From an uncultured Chloroflexia bacterium (lineage in GTDB: Bacteria > Chloroflexota > Limnocylindria > Limnocylindrales > CSP1-4), in the NCBI GenBank assembly GCA_963749705.1, contig CAVVNQ010000004.1, positions 250,204 through 314,203 on the forward strand: a DNA stretch of 64,000 nt, given 5' to 3'. The position numbers were made by a program, and so were the translations under genes. Positions 1-10,119 of the stretch are shown one piece after another (positions within the stretch are counted from its first letter, which is position 1; each line of letters opens with the position of its first letter). The notes beneath the pieces were generated by a model that was not told the origin of the DNA, made no database searches, and was given only the letters and a program-made list of their open reading frames with translations.

Positions 1-341
1 GCAACCAGGGCTGGCGTGACCGCGCGGACCTGGAACGGCGTTCCGGGCGCGACCAGCACGACCGGGGCTGGAACGTCTTCGAATACGGAGCTCCGGCTGC
101 CGACGTTGTTGAATACGAGCGAGCCCGCGACGATCCCAACGGCCCCCTCGAGCACGACGACAGCGACCTCGCGTTCGTCGCCCGACCGATTGATGGTCTG
201 ACCCGGGATCATCGTGTGAGCGACGAACGAAATCCAATGCCATCCGCGGTGGGCAAGGGTCGGAGGTTCAGCCGATGGATCGATGACAACGCCAACGCCA
301 TCGCGGCCCGACGATACCGATCGACGGAGGAGCCTGCTCAT
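1..341 (-). CDS. iolB: 5-deoxy-glucuronate isomerase (N-terminal part; runs off the window)
   Basis: Manual translation from ATG 341: MSRLLRRS...GWHWISF...DEREVAVVVLEG...VGSRSSVFEDVP, typical of the IolB N-terminus; directly downstream of iolD. Confidence 0.8.
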   Translation of the reverse strand, partial: MSRLLRRSVSSGRDGVGVVIDPSAEPPTLAHRGWHWISFVAHTMIPGQTINRSGDEREVAVVVLEGAVGIVAGSLVFNNVGSRSSVFEDVPAPVVLVAPGTPFQVRAVTPALV

Positions 342-467
342 CCGTCGGCTTGCGCGAGCAGAGGCTCGCTGGTGGCAGGCGTGGTCCTGCACGGGCGACC
401 CTGCGAGCCAGGTGCCGATTTCGGGCCCGTCCCGCCGCCCTCCGGTTGGCCGGCAGTAGCGCGAGTC

Positions 468-2345
468 TCACACAAGCCGTCGCTCCGTCGCTACGCGCTC
501 CTCGTACGCTCGGCGGGCCTTGCGCACCGATGAGAAGCCGCTGACTTCCGCGACCGGGACATCCCACCACGACCCGTACGCCTGGACGCTCACGGTTGGG
601 TCGATCTCGACGACGATCACCGTGGTCCGGTCCGAGGTTCGCGCATCCGCGAGGGCGCCCGCAAGCTCATCGGGCGTGTCGGCTCGCAGGACGCGCGCGC
701 CGAGGCTCCTGGCGTTGGCTGCGAAGTCAATCGGCAGGTTGGCTCCGGTCAGGCGGCCGCTCGCGGAGTCTCGGAAGCGGAACGAGTTGAACTCATTGTG
801 GACGCCGCAAGCGCTGGCGAGGTTCTTGATGCACTGGAACCCATGGTTGTCGAGGACGACGACCGTGAGCCGGATCCCCTCCTGGACCGAGGTCAGCAGC
901 TCTGACGACAGCATCAGGTAGGAGCCATCACCCACGAGGACGAAGACCTCCGAGTCAGGCGATGCCATCTTCGCCCCGAGGCCGCCCGCGATCTCGTAGC
1001 CCATGGTCGAGTAGCCATACTCGACGTGATAGTCACCCGGCCGGGACGTGCGCCAGAGCTTGTGCAGGTCCCCGGGCAGTCCCCCGGCGGCCTGCACCAG
1101 GACATCCCCGGGGCGAGCCGCACGATTGACGATCCCGATCACCTCCGGCTGGGACAAATGGTCGTGGCCACGCATCATCAACACGCGGTCCACCTCCAGC
1201 TGCCATGCCTCCCGGAGCGTGGCCATATGGCTGCGCCGCTCGGTGGTGGCCCCAGCCCAGCCGCGCGCCTCCAGCGCCGTCTGCAGGTCGGCCAGGCCGG
1301 ATCGCGCGTCCGCGACCAATCCGATGGCCGCGGCCTTCGCCGCGTCAAGCTCAGCAACGTTGAGCGCGATGAATTGGACCCCCGGGTCCTGCCAGGCCGT
1401 CCAGCTCGCGGTCGTGAAATCGGCAAGTCGCGTCCCGATCGCCAGGACGAGATCGGCGTCGCGCGCGGCCGCGTTGCCGGCCGAGCCACCGGTCACCCCG
1501 ATCGCCCCGAGCTGCATCGGATGATCCCAGGGGAGCGCGCCCTTGCCACCTTGCGTCTCGACGACCGGCAGCCCGAACCGTTCCGCGAACATGCCCAACT
1601 CGGCGCATGCATCGCTGTACAGCACCCCGCCCCCGGCAATCACCAGCGGCCGTCGGCTCGAGATCAGGAGGTCCGCCGCGCGCACGAGCGCCGCTTCATC
1701 GGGGCGGGGGCGGGGAATGTGGTGGACACGCCGCTCGAACAGCTCGACCGGGAAGTCGAATGCCTCCGCCTGTACGTCCTGCGGCAAGGCAAGGGTGACC
1801 GCTCCAGTCTCGGTTGGGGAGGTGAGAACGCGCATGGCGGCCGGCAACGCGGAGATCAACTGTTCCGGGCGGTTGACGCGATCCCAGTATCTCGATACGG
1901 GACGCAGACAGTCGTTCACCGAGATGTCCTGCGTCTCCGGCCGCTCCAGCTGCTGGAGCACGGGCGCCACGCGGCGTGTCGCGAAGATGTCGCCGGGCAG
2001 GAGCAGGACGGGAAGCCGGTTGACCGTGGCGGCAGCCGCCCCGGTCACGAGGTTTGTCGCCCCAGGCCCGATCGAGGTGGTGCACGCGAACGCCCCGAGC
2101 CGGCGTCGTCGCTTGGCAAAGGCGACGGCCGCATGCACCATCGCCTGCTCGTTGCGCGCCTGGATGAACCGGATCCGATCCTGTGTCGCATGGAGTGCCT
2201 CGCCCAGACCGGCGACGTTGCCGTGCCCAAAGATCCCAAACACGCCATGGAAGAAGGGGGCTTCGGTCCCGTCACGTTCCACGGACTGCGCGATCAGGAA
2301 CTCGATCGTCGCCCGGGCCGCCGTGACCCTGCGTGTCCTGTGCAT
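468..2345 (-). CDS. iolD: 3D-(3,5/4)-trihydroxycyclohexane-1,2-dione acylhydrolase (TPP-dependent)
   Basis: GIFGHGNVAGLGEAL, RNEQAMVHAA, LPGDLHKLW, YHVEYGYSTMGYEIAG, GDGSYLM TPP motif, SWWDVPVAEVS; GGAGG RBS before ATG 2345. Confidence 0.95.
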   Translation of the reverse strand: MHRTRRVTAARATIEFLIAQSVERDGTEAPFFHGVFGIFGHGNVAGLGEALHATQDRIRFIQARNEQAMVHAAVAFAKRRRRLGAFACTTSIGPGATNLVTGAAAATVNRLPVLLLPGDIFATRRVAPVLQQLERPETQDISVNDCLRPVSRYWDRVNRPEQLISALPAAMRVLTSPTETGAVTLALPQDVQAEAFDFPVELFERRVHHIPRPRPDEAALVRAADLLISSRRPLVIAGGGVLYSDACAELGMFAERFGLPVVETQGGKGALPWDHPMQLGAIGVTGGSAGNAAARDADLVLAIGTRLADFTTASWTAWQDPGVQFIALNVAELDAAKAAAIGLVADARSGLADLQTALEARGWAGATTERRSHMATLREAWQLEVDRVLMMRGHDHLSQPEVIGIVNRAARPGDVLVQAAGGLPGDLHKLWRTSRPGDYHVEYGYSTMGYEIAGGLGAKMASPDSEVFVLVGDGSYLMLSSELLTSVQEGIRLTVVVLDNHGFQCIKNLASACGVHNEFNSFRFRDSASGRLTGANLPIDFAANARSLGARVLRADTPDELAGALADARTSDRTTVIVVEIDPTVSVQAYGSWWDVPVAEVSGFSSVRKARRAYEERVATERRLV

Positions 2346-2362
2346 GGTCGCTCCCCTCCTGC

Positions 2363-3121
2363 TCACCGCGCCCCGGGTTCCGCCTCAGGACCGCAGATGT
2401 ACGGTCGTCGTCGAGGTCCGGGAAGCCCTCCCTCATCGACCCGGTCGCGCAGCCATGCCTCCACGTCCTCGAAGGTCGACCAGGGCTCGAAAGCCACCCC
2501 CCGCTGGCGGCAGATGGCCACCAGGTTTCCCTTGGCGAAGACGGTGTCCGCATAGGCGACCGCGTACTGATCGCTGAAGCCATCGCCGACGAACACGACG
2601 TGACGGCCGGCCGCCTGCTGCGCCAGGACCCGGGATCGCTTGCAGGTACCACAGACGGGACAATCGGGGTTGCCCGCGGGGAAGCTGATCCTCGGCCTCG
2701 CACCCCCGAACTCGATGCTTGCCGTGAACACCGGGATCTCGCCCAGGCCGAGTGCAGCCACCGCCGGCGACACGAAGAATCCGAGCCCGTCGCTAACGAT
2801 CTCGATGACCGCGCCGAGGTCCCTGGCGGCGGCCACGAACGGGCCGAAGGTCGGGTCGTGTCCCTGATTCCGCAAGACCTCGCGAAGCGTCGATGGGTCC
2901 TGCGGCAGGAGGCCTGCCTCCGCCTCGAGGAGAGCGCGAGTCCCGATGGTTCCGGCACGGTACGCCTGCTCCAGGTCAAGCCATGCTCGCTCCGACGAGG
3001 CGACACGGACCAGCTCGTCGGTCACGTCGATGGTCGCGATCGTGCCGTCGTAGTCGATGAGGAAGGCCAGGTCGGGCGCGCGCTGACCGGGATCGCCGCT
3101 GGCGAGTTCGGAAGTCGACAT
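2363..3121 (-). CDS. HAD-IB phosphatase (MtnX-like)
   Basis: DYDGT motif I, VSDG motif II, CxxCGxCK, GDGFSD motif IV. Confidence 0.85.
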   Translation of the reverse strand: MSTSELASGDPGQRAPDLAFLIDYDGTIATIDVTDELVRVASSERAWLDLEQAYRAGTIGTRALLEAEAGLLPQDPSTLREVLRNQGHDPTFGPFVAAARDLGAVIEIVSDGLGFFVSPAVAALGLGEIPVFTASIEFGGARPRISFPAGNPDCPVCGTCKRSRVLAQQAAGRHVVFVGDGFSDQYAVAYADTVFAKGNLVAICRQRGVAFEPWSTFEDVEAWLRDRVDEGGLPGPRRRPYICGPEAEPGAR

Positions 3122-3234
3122 GTCGAACGAACGATCCTTGTCGGCTGGGACGGGCCCGGGAGTAAGACTGGCTCACGTCGGCGGTGGGCCGACACACGGT
3201 CGGCCCACCGCCATTTGACGCGGCGCCGGTGAGA

Positions 3235-4447
3235 CTACTTGAGCAGGACGTTCTTGGTGTACTCCTGAGCAAGCTCGGTCTTGTACGGAGCGGGGATCCA
3301 GGCGACGCCGTTCTGCGCCCGGTCCGCCTCGGAGATGATCGAGGGGATGCTGGTGAGGTCGGTCCGCGACGGGATCGAGCCCACGGTCTGGTTCATCAGC
3401 GTCTGGATCTCAGGGCTGGTGAGGAACTCGAGGAACAGGATCGCACCGGCCTTGTTGTGGGCATTCTTGACCACGCCGGCGGTATCACCACCGCCCGGAA
3501 GACCGAACGCGGGGATGTACATCTTGGTGCGCTGTGGAAGGGTCCCGTTGGCGACCGCAGCCTGCGAGTCGTCATCCCAGGCGACCGCCATCGAAGCGGA
3601 GCCCTGGTTGATCATGTCCATGTCCTCGCCGTTGGACAGCGTGACGTTCATGTTCGGGTTGTTCGTCTTGAGCCAGTCCCACGCCAGGTTCCAGTTCGCG
3701 ATCTTCGCCGGGTCGACTTCCGTGTCGCCCACGTACTTGTCGAGCCCGCCGGTGAGGGCGCCGATCACGGACTGGACGAAGCCCCCGCCGGCGCCGCCCT
3801 TGTTCGGATCCGGATAGGCGAAGCCCTTCGGGTTTGCCGCAACCCAGGCGGCGAACTCATCCCAGGTCTGCGGCGGGGTTCGGGACGGCGGTGGGGTCAT
3901 ACAGCATGCCGATCTGGTTGCGGTAGATCGGGACAAGATAGCCACCCGTCTGGACGCCTTCCTGGACGGCCGCGAGCTTGGGATCGATGAGGCTGTGATC
4001 CGGCAGGGCGTCGTACACGGGGCCGTACCAGAGACCGGCGTCGATGGACGTCTTGACGTCCGCCCCGCCGATCAGCTGGACGTCGATCGTCCCCTGGTCG
4101 CGGTCCTTCTCGGCCAGGATCTTGTCGATCGCGTTGTTGCCGATCAGGATGCGCGCCTCGACCCCGTACTTCGCGGTGAACTGCTTGGCGACTTCCTTCC
4201 AGAAGCCCTCTCCCCACCAGGCCCCGAAGACAACGTCGCCTTCAACCTTGGCGGCCTCGAGCAGCTGATCCTGCGACATGGTCAGGTAGTCGGGAGCAGC
4301 ACTCGGCGCTGCGCTGGACTCAGCCGCCTGGGAGGCGGCCGGTTCGGAGCTGGCCGGCGCCGTCGGAGTGCTCGCGGGCGTGCTGGAACATGCGGCGAGC
4401 GAAAACACGATCACGAGGGCGGCGCCGAAGTTCAATCTCTTGTGCAC
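3235..4447 (-). pseudogene. ABC transporter substrate-binding lipoprotein (PotD/YnjB-like) split by a 1-nt frameshift
   Basis: ORF 3857-4459 (lipobox LAAC) and ORF 3235-3945 join as ...LYDPTAVPN/PPQTWDEFAAW... if one base is removed from the G4 tract at 3875-3878. Confidence 0.85.
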
Positions 4448-4582
4448 GATTCCCTCCACAACGTTGGGACACCTCTGGCGGGGCTCGCGAGGATGGGCCT
4501 CGCCCCGCAGAGCAGCGATCAGGTGATTCAGTGGCTTCGTGAGGCCATCCTCCTTTCGGTGAAGTGACCGGTCACGCCGGGG

Positions 4583-5413
4583 TCATGGCGACTCGGTGGC
4601 TCCGGGGCGCGATCGATTCCGCGGGTTGCCGGCTGGCATGTCCCACCGGATCGCAGAGTCAGGACCTGCATCCAGGTGAGGACCCCGACGGTGGATGACG
4701 AACTCGAACACATCTGACGCGTAGTGCTCCCAGGTGAGCAGCAGCCGCCGCTCAGCCGCGTCTCGGTCGATCTGCTCGATCACGAAGATCAGCGTTCCCG
4801 GCTCGACGTTGAGGCTGCTCGCCAATGACGTCGAGGCGATGTCGGGGCGGATCCAAGCGGTGCCGTCGACGACGGACAGACCGAGGCGCTCGGCCATGAA
4901 CCGGTAGACCGACAACCCGTCCGCACGCAGGTCGTCCGGGTCGACGCCCGCCGCAGTGAACAGGGACGATGGAAAGACATCTCGCGTGAAGACAACGGGC
5001 CGACCATCGGCCGTGCGAACGCGCTCAAGCACGATGACGGGAGCACCGTTCTCGAGTCCCAGGCGCTCGGCCTCGTGCGCGGTCGCAGCCTGCCGTTGCA
5101 GGCGCAGATCGCGCGTCCCTGGCACCATCCCGTGCGCCCGGATCAGCTCCGTCGCGCTGAGGTTCACATCGAGGCTGCTGTGGAGGACATGGAGCGACCG
5201 GCGCACGAACGTTCCGTGCCCGTGGCGCCGGATCAACAGGCCGTCCTGCTCGAGCTGCATCACGGCCTCGCGCAGCGACGTGCGGCTCACGCCAAGGGCT
5301 CGAGCGAGCTCGATCTCTGGCGGGAGCTGGCTCCCCGGCGCCAGCTGGCCGTCGACGATGCGGGCCCGTAGATCCTCACGAACTTGTGACGTCAAACTTG
5401 ACCGTGCTACCAT
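4583..5413 (-). CDS. GntR-family (HutC/UTRA) transcriptional regulator
   Basis: N-terminal GntR HTH (LPPEIELARALGVSRTSLREA...RRHGHGTFV) and C-terminal UTRA domain. Confidence 0.9.
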   Translation of the reverse strand: MVARSSLTSQVREDLRARIVDGQLAPGSQLPPEIELARALGVSRTSLREAVMQLEQDGLLIRRHGHGTFVRRSLHVLHSSLDVNLSATELIRAHGMVPGTRDLRLQRQAATAHEAERLGLENGAPVIVLERVRTADGRPVVFTRDVFPSSLFTAAGVDPDDLRADGLSVYRFMAERLGLSVVDGTAWIRPDIASTSLASSLNVEPGTLIFVIEQIDRDAAERRLLLTWEHYASDVFEFVIHRRGPHLDAGPDSAIRWDMPAGNPRNRSRPGATESP

Positions 5414-5507
5414 TCGCCACCAAAGGTATGATGTCTAAGGTCTGAGGTCCGGACAGTAGCAGCGGCCGGACCGTCCTGTCAACGCCGACAACGAGGGATC
5501 GAGGCGA

Positions 5508-6308
5508 GTGAGCTTGTCGTGGATCCGGCCTGGGCGGCCGCTGGTCGTGGCGCATCGAGGGCTCCGAGCGCGGATCCCTGAGCAGACGATGCCGTCGTTC
5601 CGCGCGGCCATCGAGCACGGCGCCGAGATGATCGAGGCCGATGCCCTGCTCAGCGCCGACGGAGAGCTCGTCCTGATGCATGACGACACGGTCGATCGGA
5701 CCACCGACGGGCGCGGCCGCGTGGCGGAGATGTCATGGGACGAGCTGGCGCGCCTCGACGCCGGGACCTGGTTCGGACCGGAGTTCGCCGGCCTGCGGAT
5801 CCCGCGGGCCGTGGAGCTCATCGATCTCGCCCGGTCCGCCGGGATCGGACTGTGCCTCGAGGCGAAGGGCTCGACGACGGCCGAGGCGACCGCCGTCGCG
5901 GTCGCGCTCGCGAACCTGGTGGCCGCCCACGACGCGACCGCGTGGGCGTTCATATCGGGCTTCGACCACGCCGCCCTCGCTGCAGCCCGGGCGGCCGAGC
6001 CAGCGGTGCTCATGGCACCGGAGCGACTGCCAGAGCGTGGAGTCCAGCTGCCCGAGGAGACGCTGCGACAGGCGCTTGCCCTTGGATCGCCCGTGATCCA
6101 GCATCGATGGGAGCTGATCTCCGCGGACCTCGTCGACCACCTTCACGATGCCGGAATCGGGATCTGGGCGTGGAACACCAACGACCTGGGTAGTGTTCGC
6201 CTCTCGGTCGCGCTCGGGGTGGACGGCGTCATGGGCGACGACGTCGACCTGCTCCTCGCGGGGCGGTCGGACGCCGGAGCATGGCTCAGGCCCGAGATCG
6301 AGCGGTGA
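5508..6308 (+). CDS. glycerophosphodiester phosphodiesterase family protein
   Basis: AHRG, PEQT, IEAD, LMHDDTVDRTT motifs of the GDPD fold. Confidence 0.9.
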   Translation: MSLSWIRPGRPLVVAHRGLRARIPEQTMPSFRAAIEHGAEMIEADALLSADGELVLMHDDTVDRTTDGRGRVAEMSWDELARLDAGTWFGPEFAGLRIPRAVELIDLARSAGIGLCLEAKGSTTAEATAVAVALANLVAAHDATAWAFISGFDHAALAAARAAEPAVLMAPERLPERGVQLPEETLRQALALGSPVIQHRWELISADLVDHLHDAGIGIWAWNTNDLGSVRLSVALGVDGVMGDDVDLLLAGRSDAGAWLRPEIER

Positions 6309-6336
6309 GAGCCCCCAACACGGAGCGCTGCGTGTC

Positions 6337-7383
6337 GTGGCAGTCCTAGAGATCGTCGACCTGTACAAGGAGTACGGGGGCCAGATCGCGGTAGACCATC
6401 TGACGCTGAGCGTTCAGCAGGGTGAGTTCGTCACCCTGCTCGGACCGTCCGGCTGCGGCAAGACGACGACGCTGAGGGCAATCGCGGGGCTCGTCGAGAT
6501 CGACGGAGGTGAGATCCGCTTTGACGGCCGCCTCATGAACGATGTGCCCCCGCACAAGCGGTCGACGGCGATGGTCTTCCAGTCATACGCGCTGTTCCCG
6601 CATATGACGATCGCAGAGAACATCGCGTTCGGCCTGCGGATGCGCCACGTCGCGGGACCAGAGCGCCGGGAGCGGGTCGCCGAAGCGATGGCCATGGTCG
6701 GCCTGGAGGGGCTTGAGAAGCGCAAGCCGACGGAGCTCTCGGGGGGGCAGCAGCAGCGCGTCGCACTCGCCCGCGCCATCGTCACGCAGCCCGACATCCT
6801 GCTGTTCGACGAACCACTGTCCAACCTGGACGCGAAGCTCCGGGAGCGGCTCAGGATCGAGATCCGGGAGCTGCAGCGACGACTTGGCATCACGTCGATC
6901 TATGTCACCCACGACCAGGCCGAGGCACTCGTCATCTCGGACCGCATCGTCGTGATGAACAAGGGCCGCATCGAGCAGATGGGCGACCCGCTGCAGATCT
7001 ACCGGCATCCGGAGACGCCCTTCACCGCGGAGTTCATCGGCCAGGCCAACGTCCTCGATGCGACGCTTGTCTCCGAAGACCCGGACGGCTGCCGGCTCGA
7101 GTCGCCGATCGGCACTCTGGTCTCCCGAGCACGACCGGCTGCCGGCGAGCGCGAGGTGCGCATCTCGTGGCGACCCGAGGACATGGTCCCGTTCGACGAG
7201 GGGGCGGGCAACCGGATCGTGGCGACCATCGCGCGCGTGACCTTCATGGGCAACCTCACCGACGTGGCCATCGACGTCGGAGGCACGACGATGCGCCTCG
7301 AGCGGCCCGGATCGGTCCAATGGCAGGTCGGCGACACCATCGAGCTGAGCCTTCCGGCCGATCGGATCCAGATCCTGCGATGA
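6337..7383 (+). CDS. ABC transporter ATP-binding protein (PotA/MalK type, TOBE domain)
   Basis: Walker A GPSGCGKT, LSGGQQQR signature, FDEPLSNLD Walker B; GTG start inferred. Confidence 0.92.
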   Translation: MAVLEIVDLYKEYGGQIAVDHLTLSVQQGEFVTLLGPSGCGKTTTLRAIAGLVEIDGGEIRFDGRLMNDVPPHKRSTAMVFQSYALFPHMTIAENIAFGLRMRHVAGPERRERVAEAMAMVGLEGLEKRKPTELSGGQQQRVALARAIVTQPDILLFDEPLSNLDAKLRERLRIEIRELQRRLGITSIYVTHDQAEALVISDRIVVMNKGRIEQMGDPLQIYRHPETPFTAEFIGQANVLDATLVSEDPDGCRLESPIGTLVSRARPAAGEREVRISWRPEDMVPFDEGAGNRIVATIARVTFMGNLTDVAIDVGGTTMRLERPGSVQWQVGDTIELSLPADRIQILR

Positions 7384-7414
7384 GGGCCGCGATGATCATC
7401 GGGACGCCGTTCTC

Positions 7415-8269
7415 GTGAGCCGACGGGACCATCGACTTCTGATCGGCGTGCTGATGCTGCCGGCGGTCGGGTTTGTCGCGCTGTTCCTTGCAGCCGTCCT
7501 GGTGATGACGGCGATGCAGAGCCTCGGCTTCTTCAGCTTCACGTCCACCGAGGAGGTTGGCCTGGGAAGCTGGGCAGCTGCCATCACCGGAGAGACGTGG
7601 GACTCCTTCTTCTACTCCGCCAAGATCGCGTTGGTGAGCGCCTTCGGGGCGCTCGTGATCGCCTATCCGCTTGCCCTCTATCTGCGCCGCAGCTTCGCCG
7701 GCAAGGGCGCCCTCAACGCGCTCATCCGCGTGCCACTGTTCATGCCGGCCCTGGTCGCGGCGTTCCTCATCCTCAACATCATGTCGTTCCACGGCATCTT
7801 CAACGAGGTGCTGGTGAGGATCGGCCTCCTTGCTGAGCCGCTGCGGCTCACGCACGATGACTGGGGCCTCGGCGTCGTCATGATCCAGATCTGGAAGAAC
7901 CTGCCGTTCATCGCGCTGATCCTCACCGCGGTCATGGCGAACATCCCCGCCGACCTCGAGGCTGCGGCTCGAAATCTCGGCGCCGGCCCGTGGCGCGTGT
8001 TTCTCCACGTCCTGCTGCCCCTATCGATCCCAGGCGTCCAGACCGGCATCACGCTCGTGTTCATCGGCGTGTTCGGGGACTATGCGGTGAACGCGATCGC
8101 AGGCCCGCTCTACCCCGCATCGCTGTCGATCCGGATGTACCTGCTCGGACGGAACTTCGGGGAATGGGGCCAGGCCGCGGTCGTCGCGGTCCTGATCATG
8201 GCTGGCTCGCTGCTCTTCGCATGGCTGTTCGCGATCCTGGCGAGGGTCACGGTGAGGGTCGTCCGGTGA
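7415..8269 (+). CDS. ABC transporter permease (PotB type)
   Basis: Multiple TM segments; EAA loop LEAAARNLGA. Confidence 0.9.
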   Translation: MSRRDHRLLIGVLMLPAVGFVALFLAAVLVMTAMQSLGFFSFTSTEEVGLGSWAAAITGETWDSFFYSAKIALVSAFGALVIAYPLALYLRRSFAGKGALNALIRVPLFMPALVAAFLILNIMSFHGIFNEVLVRIGLLAEPLRLTHDDWGLGVVMIQIWKNLPFIALILTAVMANIPADLEAAARNLGAGPWRVFLHVLLPLSIPGVQTGITLVFIGVFGDYAVNAIAGPLYPASLSIRMYLLGRNFGEWGQAAVVAVLIMAGSLLFAWLFAILARVTVRVVR

Positions 8270-9132
8270 CGACCGGGCGCACACAGTCGAGGCCGCTCGG
8301 GGCGAGGCTGGCACTCGCGATACGGGAGCACGCCGTGCCGGTCGCCCTGATCATCGTGGCGCTGGTGGTGGTCGGGGTCCCGATCCTCATGGCGGTCGCG
8401 TGGTCGCTCGTCGACCCGAACAACGGATGGTCCTACCCGGACATGCTCCCGCCCTCGGTGTCGCTCTACCAGTGGGACTACGTCTTCCGGTCCACCGACA
8501 TCGTGCTTGCGATCGTCACGAGCTACGCGCTTGCCTCGGTTGCGACGCTCCTGGCCTTCATCGTCGCGCTGCCGATGGCGTACGCGATGGGCCGCTGGGC
8601 ATTTCGCGGAAAGGAAGCGGTCAGGATCCTGATGCTCCTGCCGCTGGTGATGCCCGGGATGGTCGTGGCCCTGTTCCTGAGTCGCGTGTTCAACTTCTTC
8701 GGCCTGGTCCAGACCTTCCACGGCCTGGTCATCGCGCACACGTTGCTTGGTCTCCCGTACATGGCGCGACTGCTGTCCACGAGCTTCGAGGCGATCCCGG
8801 CCCAGGTGTCTGACGCGGCGAGCAACCTCGGCGCATCCGAGCTCGTCAAGCTCCGAACGATCTACCTTCCGCTCGTCCGGCCGGGGATCTTCGCCGGGGC
8901 CATCTTCACGTTCATTGCGAGCCTCGAGGAGTTCTCGCTGACCTATGTCATCGGAACCCCCGACTACCAGACGATCCCGACGATCCTGTTCTCCTTCCTC
9001 GGCCAACGTTTCGTTCGGACACAGGCATCTGTCGTCTCACTGGTGCTCCTGATCCCCAGCCTCGCGCTGCTGTTCCTGGCGGACCGCTTCCTCAAGAGCG
9101 ACTACCTGTCCTCGGGCTTCAGCAAGCTCTGA
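8266..9132 (+). CDS. ABC transporter permease (PotC type)
   Basis: GTGA overlap with the previous gene; TM segments; SDAASNLGAS EAA-like loop. Confidence 0.9.
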   Translation: MTTGRTQSRPLGARLALAIREHAVPVALIIVALVVVGVPILMAVAWSLVDPNNGWSYPDMLPPSVSLYQWDYVFRSTDIVLAIVTSYALASVATLLAFIVALPMAYAMGRWAFRGKEAVRILMLLPLVMPGMVVALFLSRVFNFFGLVQTFHGLVIAHTLLGLPYMARLLSTSFEAIPAQVSDAASNLGASELVKLRTIYLPLVRPGIFAGAIFTFIASLEEFSLTYVIGTPDYQTIPTILFSFLGQRFVRTQASVVSLVLLIPSLALLFLADRFLKSDYLSSGFSKL

Positions 9133-9171
9133 CGCGCCGATCTCATCGACATGCACACGGAAGGACCAACC

Positions 9172-10119
9172 ATGCAGCTTTCTCTGTACACCGACTCCGT
9201 CGGCAAGCTCTCGCTGGAAGGGGCCCTGGATCTGGCCGTCGAGATCGGTGCGCCCGCTGTCGAGATCGCGGCCGGCGGTCAGTCATCTGCGCCCCACATG
9301 CGTATCGAGCGCCTCCTGGCAGACGCCGGTGAGCTCGAGCGCTTTCGCCGCGCGCTCGACTCCCGCGGGCTCCGGATGGGTGCGCTGAACTGCTCGTCCT
9401 GGGTGATGCACCCGGTGCACTCCGACCGACACGAGGGCATCATCCAGTCGACCATCGACCTCGCAGGGCGGCTCGGCGTGTCGACGATCGTGAGCATGTC
9501 GGGCTGCCCCGGCGATGGCCCCGGGTCAACGACGCTCAACTGGATCTGGTATCCGTGGCCGCAGGACGCCGTCGACCTCCGGGAGCGCCAATGGGACGCG
9601 ACGGTCGCAGTCTGGCGACGGCTCGCCCGGCGTGCCGAGGACGCTGGGGTCACCCGGATCGCCTTCGAGCTCCATCCGCTGCATCTGGTCTACAACGTCC
9701 CGACACTGCTCCGGATGCGCGATGAGGTGGGGCCGATCATCGGCGCCAACCTGGATCCATCCCACCTGTTCTGGCAGCAGATGGATCCGCTGGCGGTGAT
9801 CCACGCGCTGCGAGATGCCATCTATCACGTGCACCTCAAGGACACCCAGCTCGTCCCGGAGCAGGTGGCGCTCGCAGGGGTATTGGACGGGCGTCCGTTC
9901 GAGAGTCCGGCTGAACGCGCCTGGACGTTCCGCACCGTGGGCGTCGGCCATGGGCCGGAGTTCTGGTCGGCCTTCGTCGAGGGCCTCCGGGCTGTGGGAT
10001 ACCAGGGCGTCCTGAGCATCGAGAACGAGGACCCGTACCAGCCTGCGGAGGAGGGCGTACGTCAGGCAGCGGCGTTCATGCGACCGTTCCTGGCCGATCA
10101 GCCCAGCCGGGCCAGATGA
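9172..10119 (+). CDS. sugar phosphate isomerase/epimerase (xylose-isomerase-like TIM barrel, inosose isomerase/IolE-like)
   Basis: FELHP, NLDPSH, HVHLKD, LSIENED metal-binding motifs. Confidence 0.85.
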   Translation: MQLSLYTDSVGKLSLEGALDLAVEIGAPAVEIAAGGQSSAPHMRIERLLADAGELERFRRALDSRGLRMGALNCSSWVMHPVHSDRHEGIIQSTIDLAGRLGVSTIVSMSGCPGDGPGSTTLNWIWYPWPQDAVDLRERQWDATVAVWRRLARRAEDAGVTRIAFELHPLHLVYNVPTLLRMRDEVGPIIGANLDPSHLFWQQMDPLAVIHALRDAIYHVHLKDTQLVPEQVALAGVLDGRPFESPAERAWTFRTVGVGHGPEFWSAFVEGLRAVGYQGVLSIENEDPYQPAEEGVRQAAAFMRPFLADQPSRAR

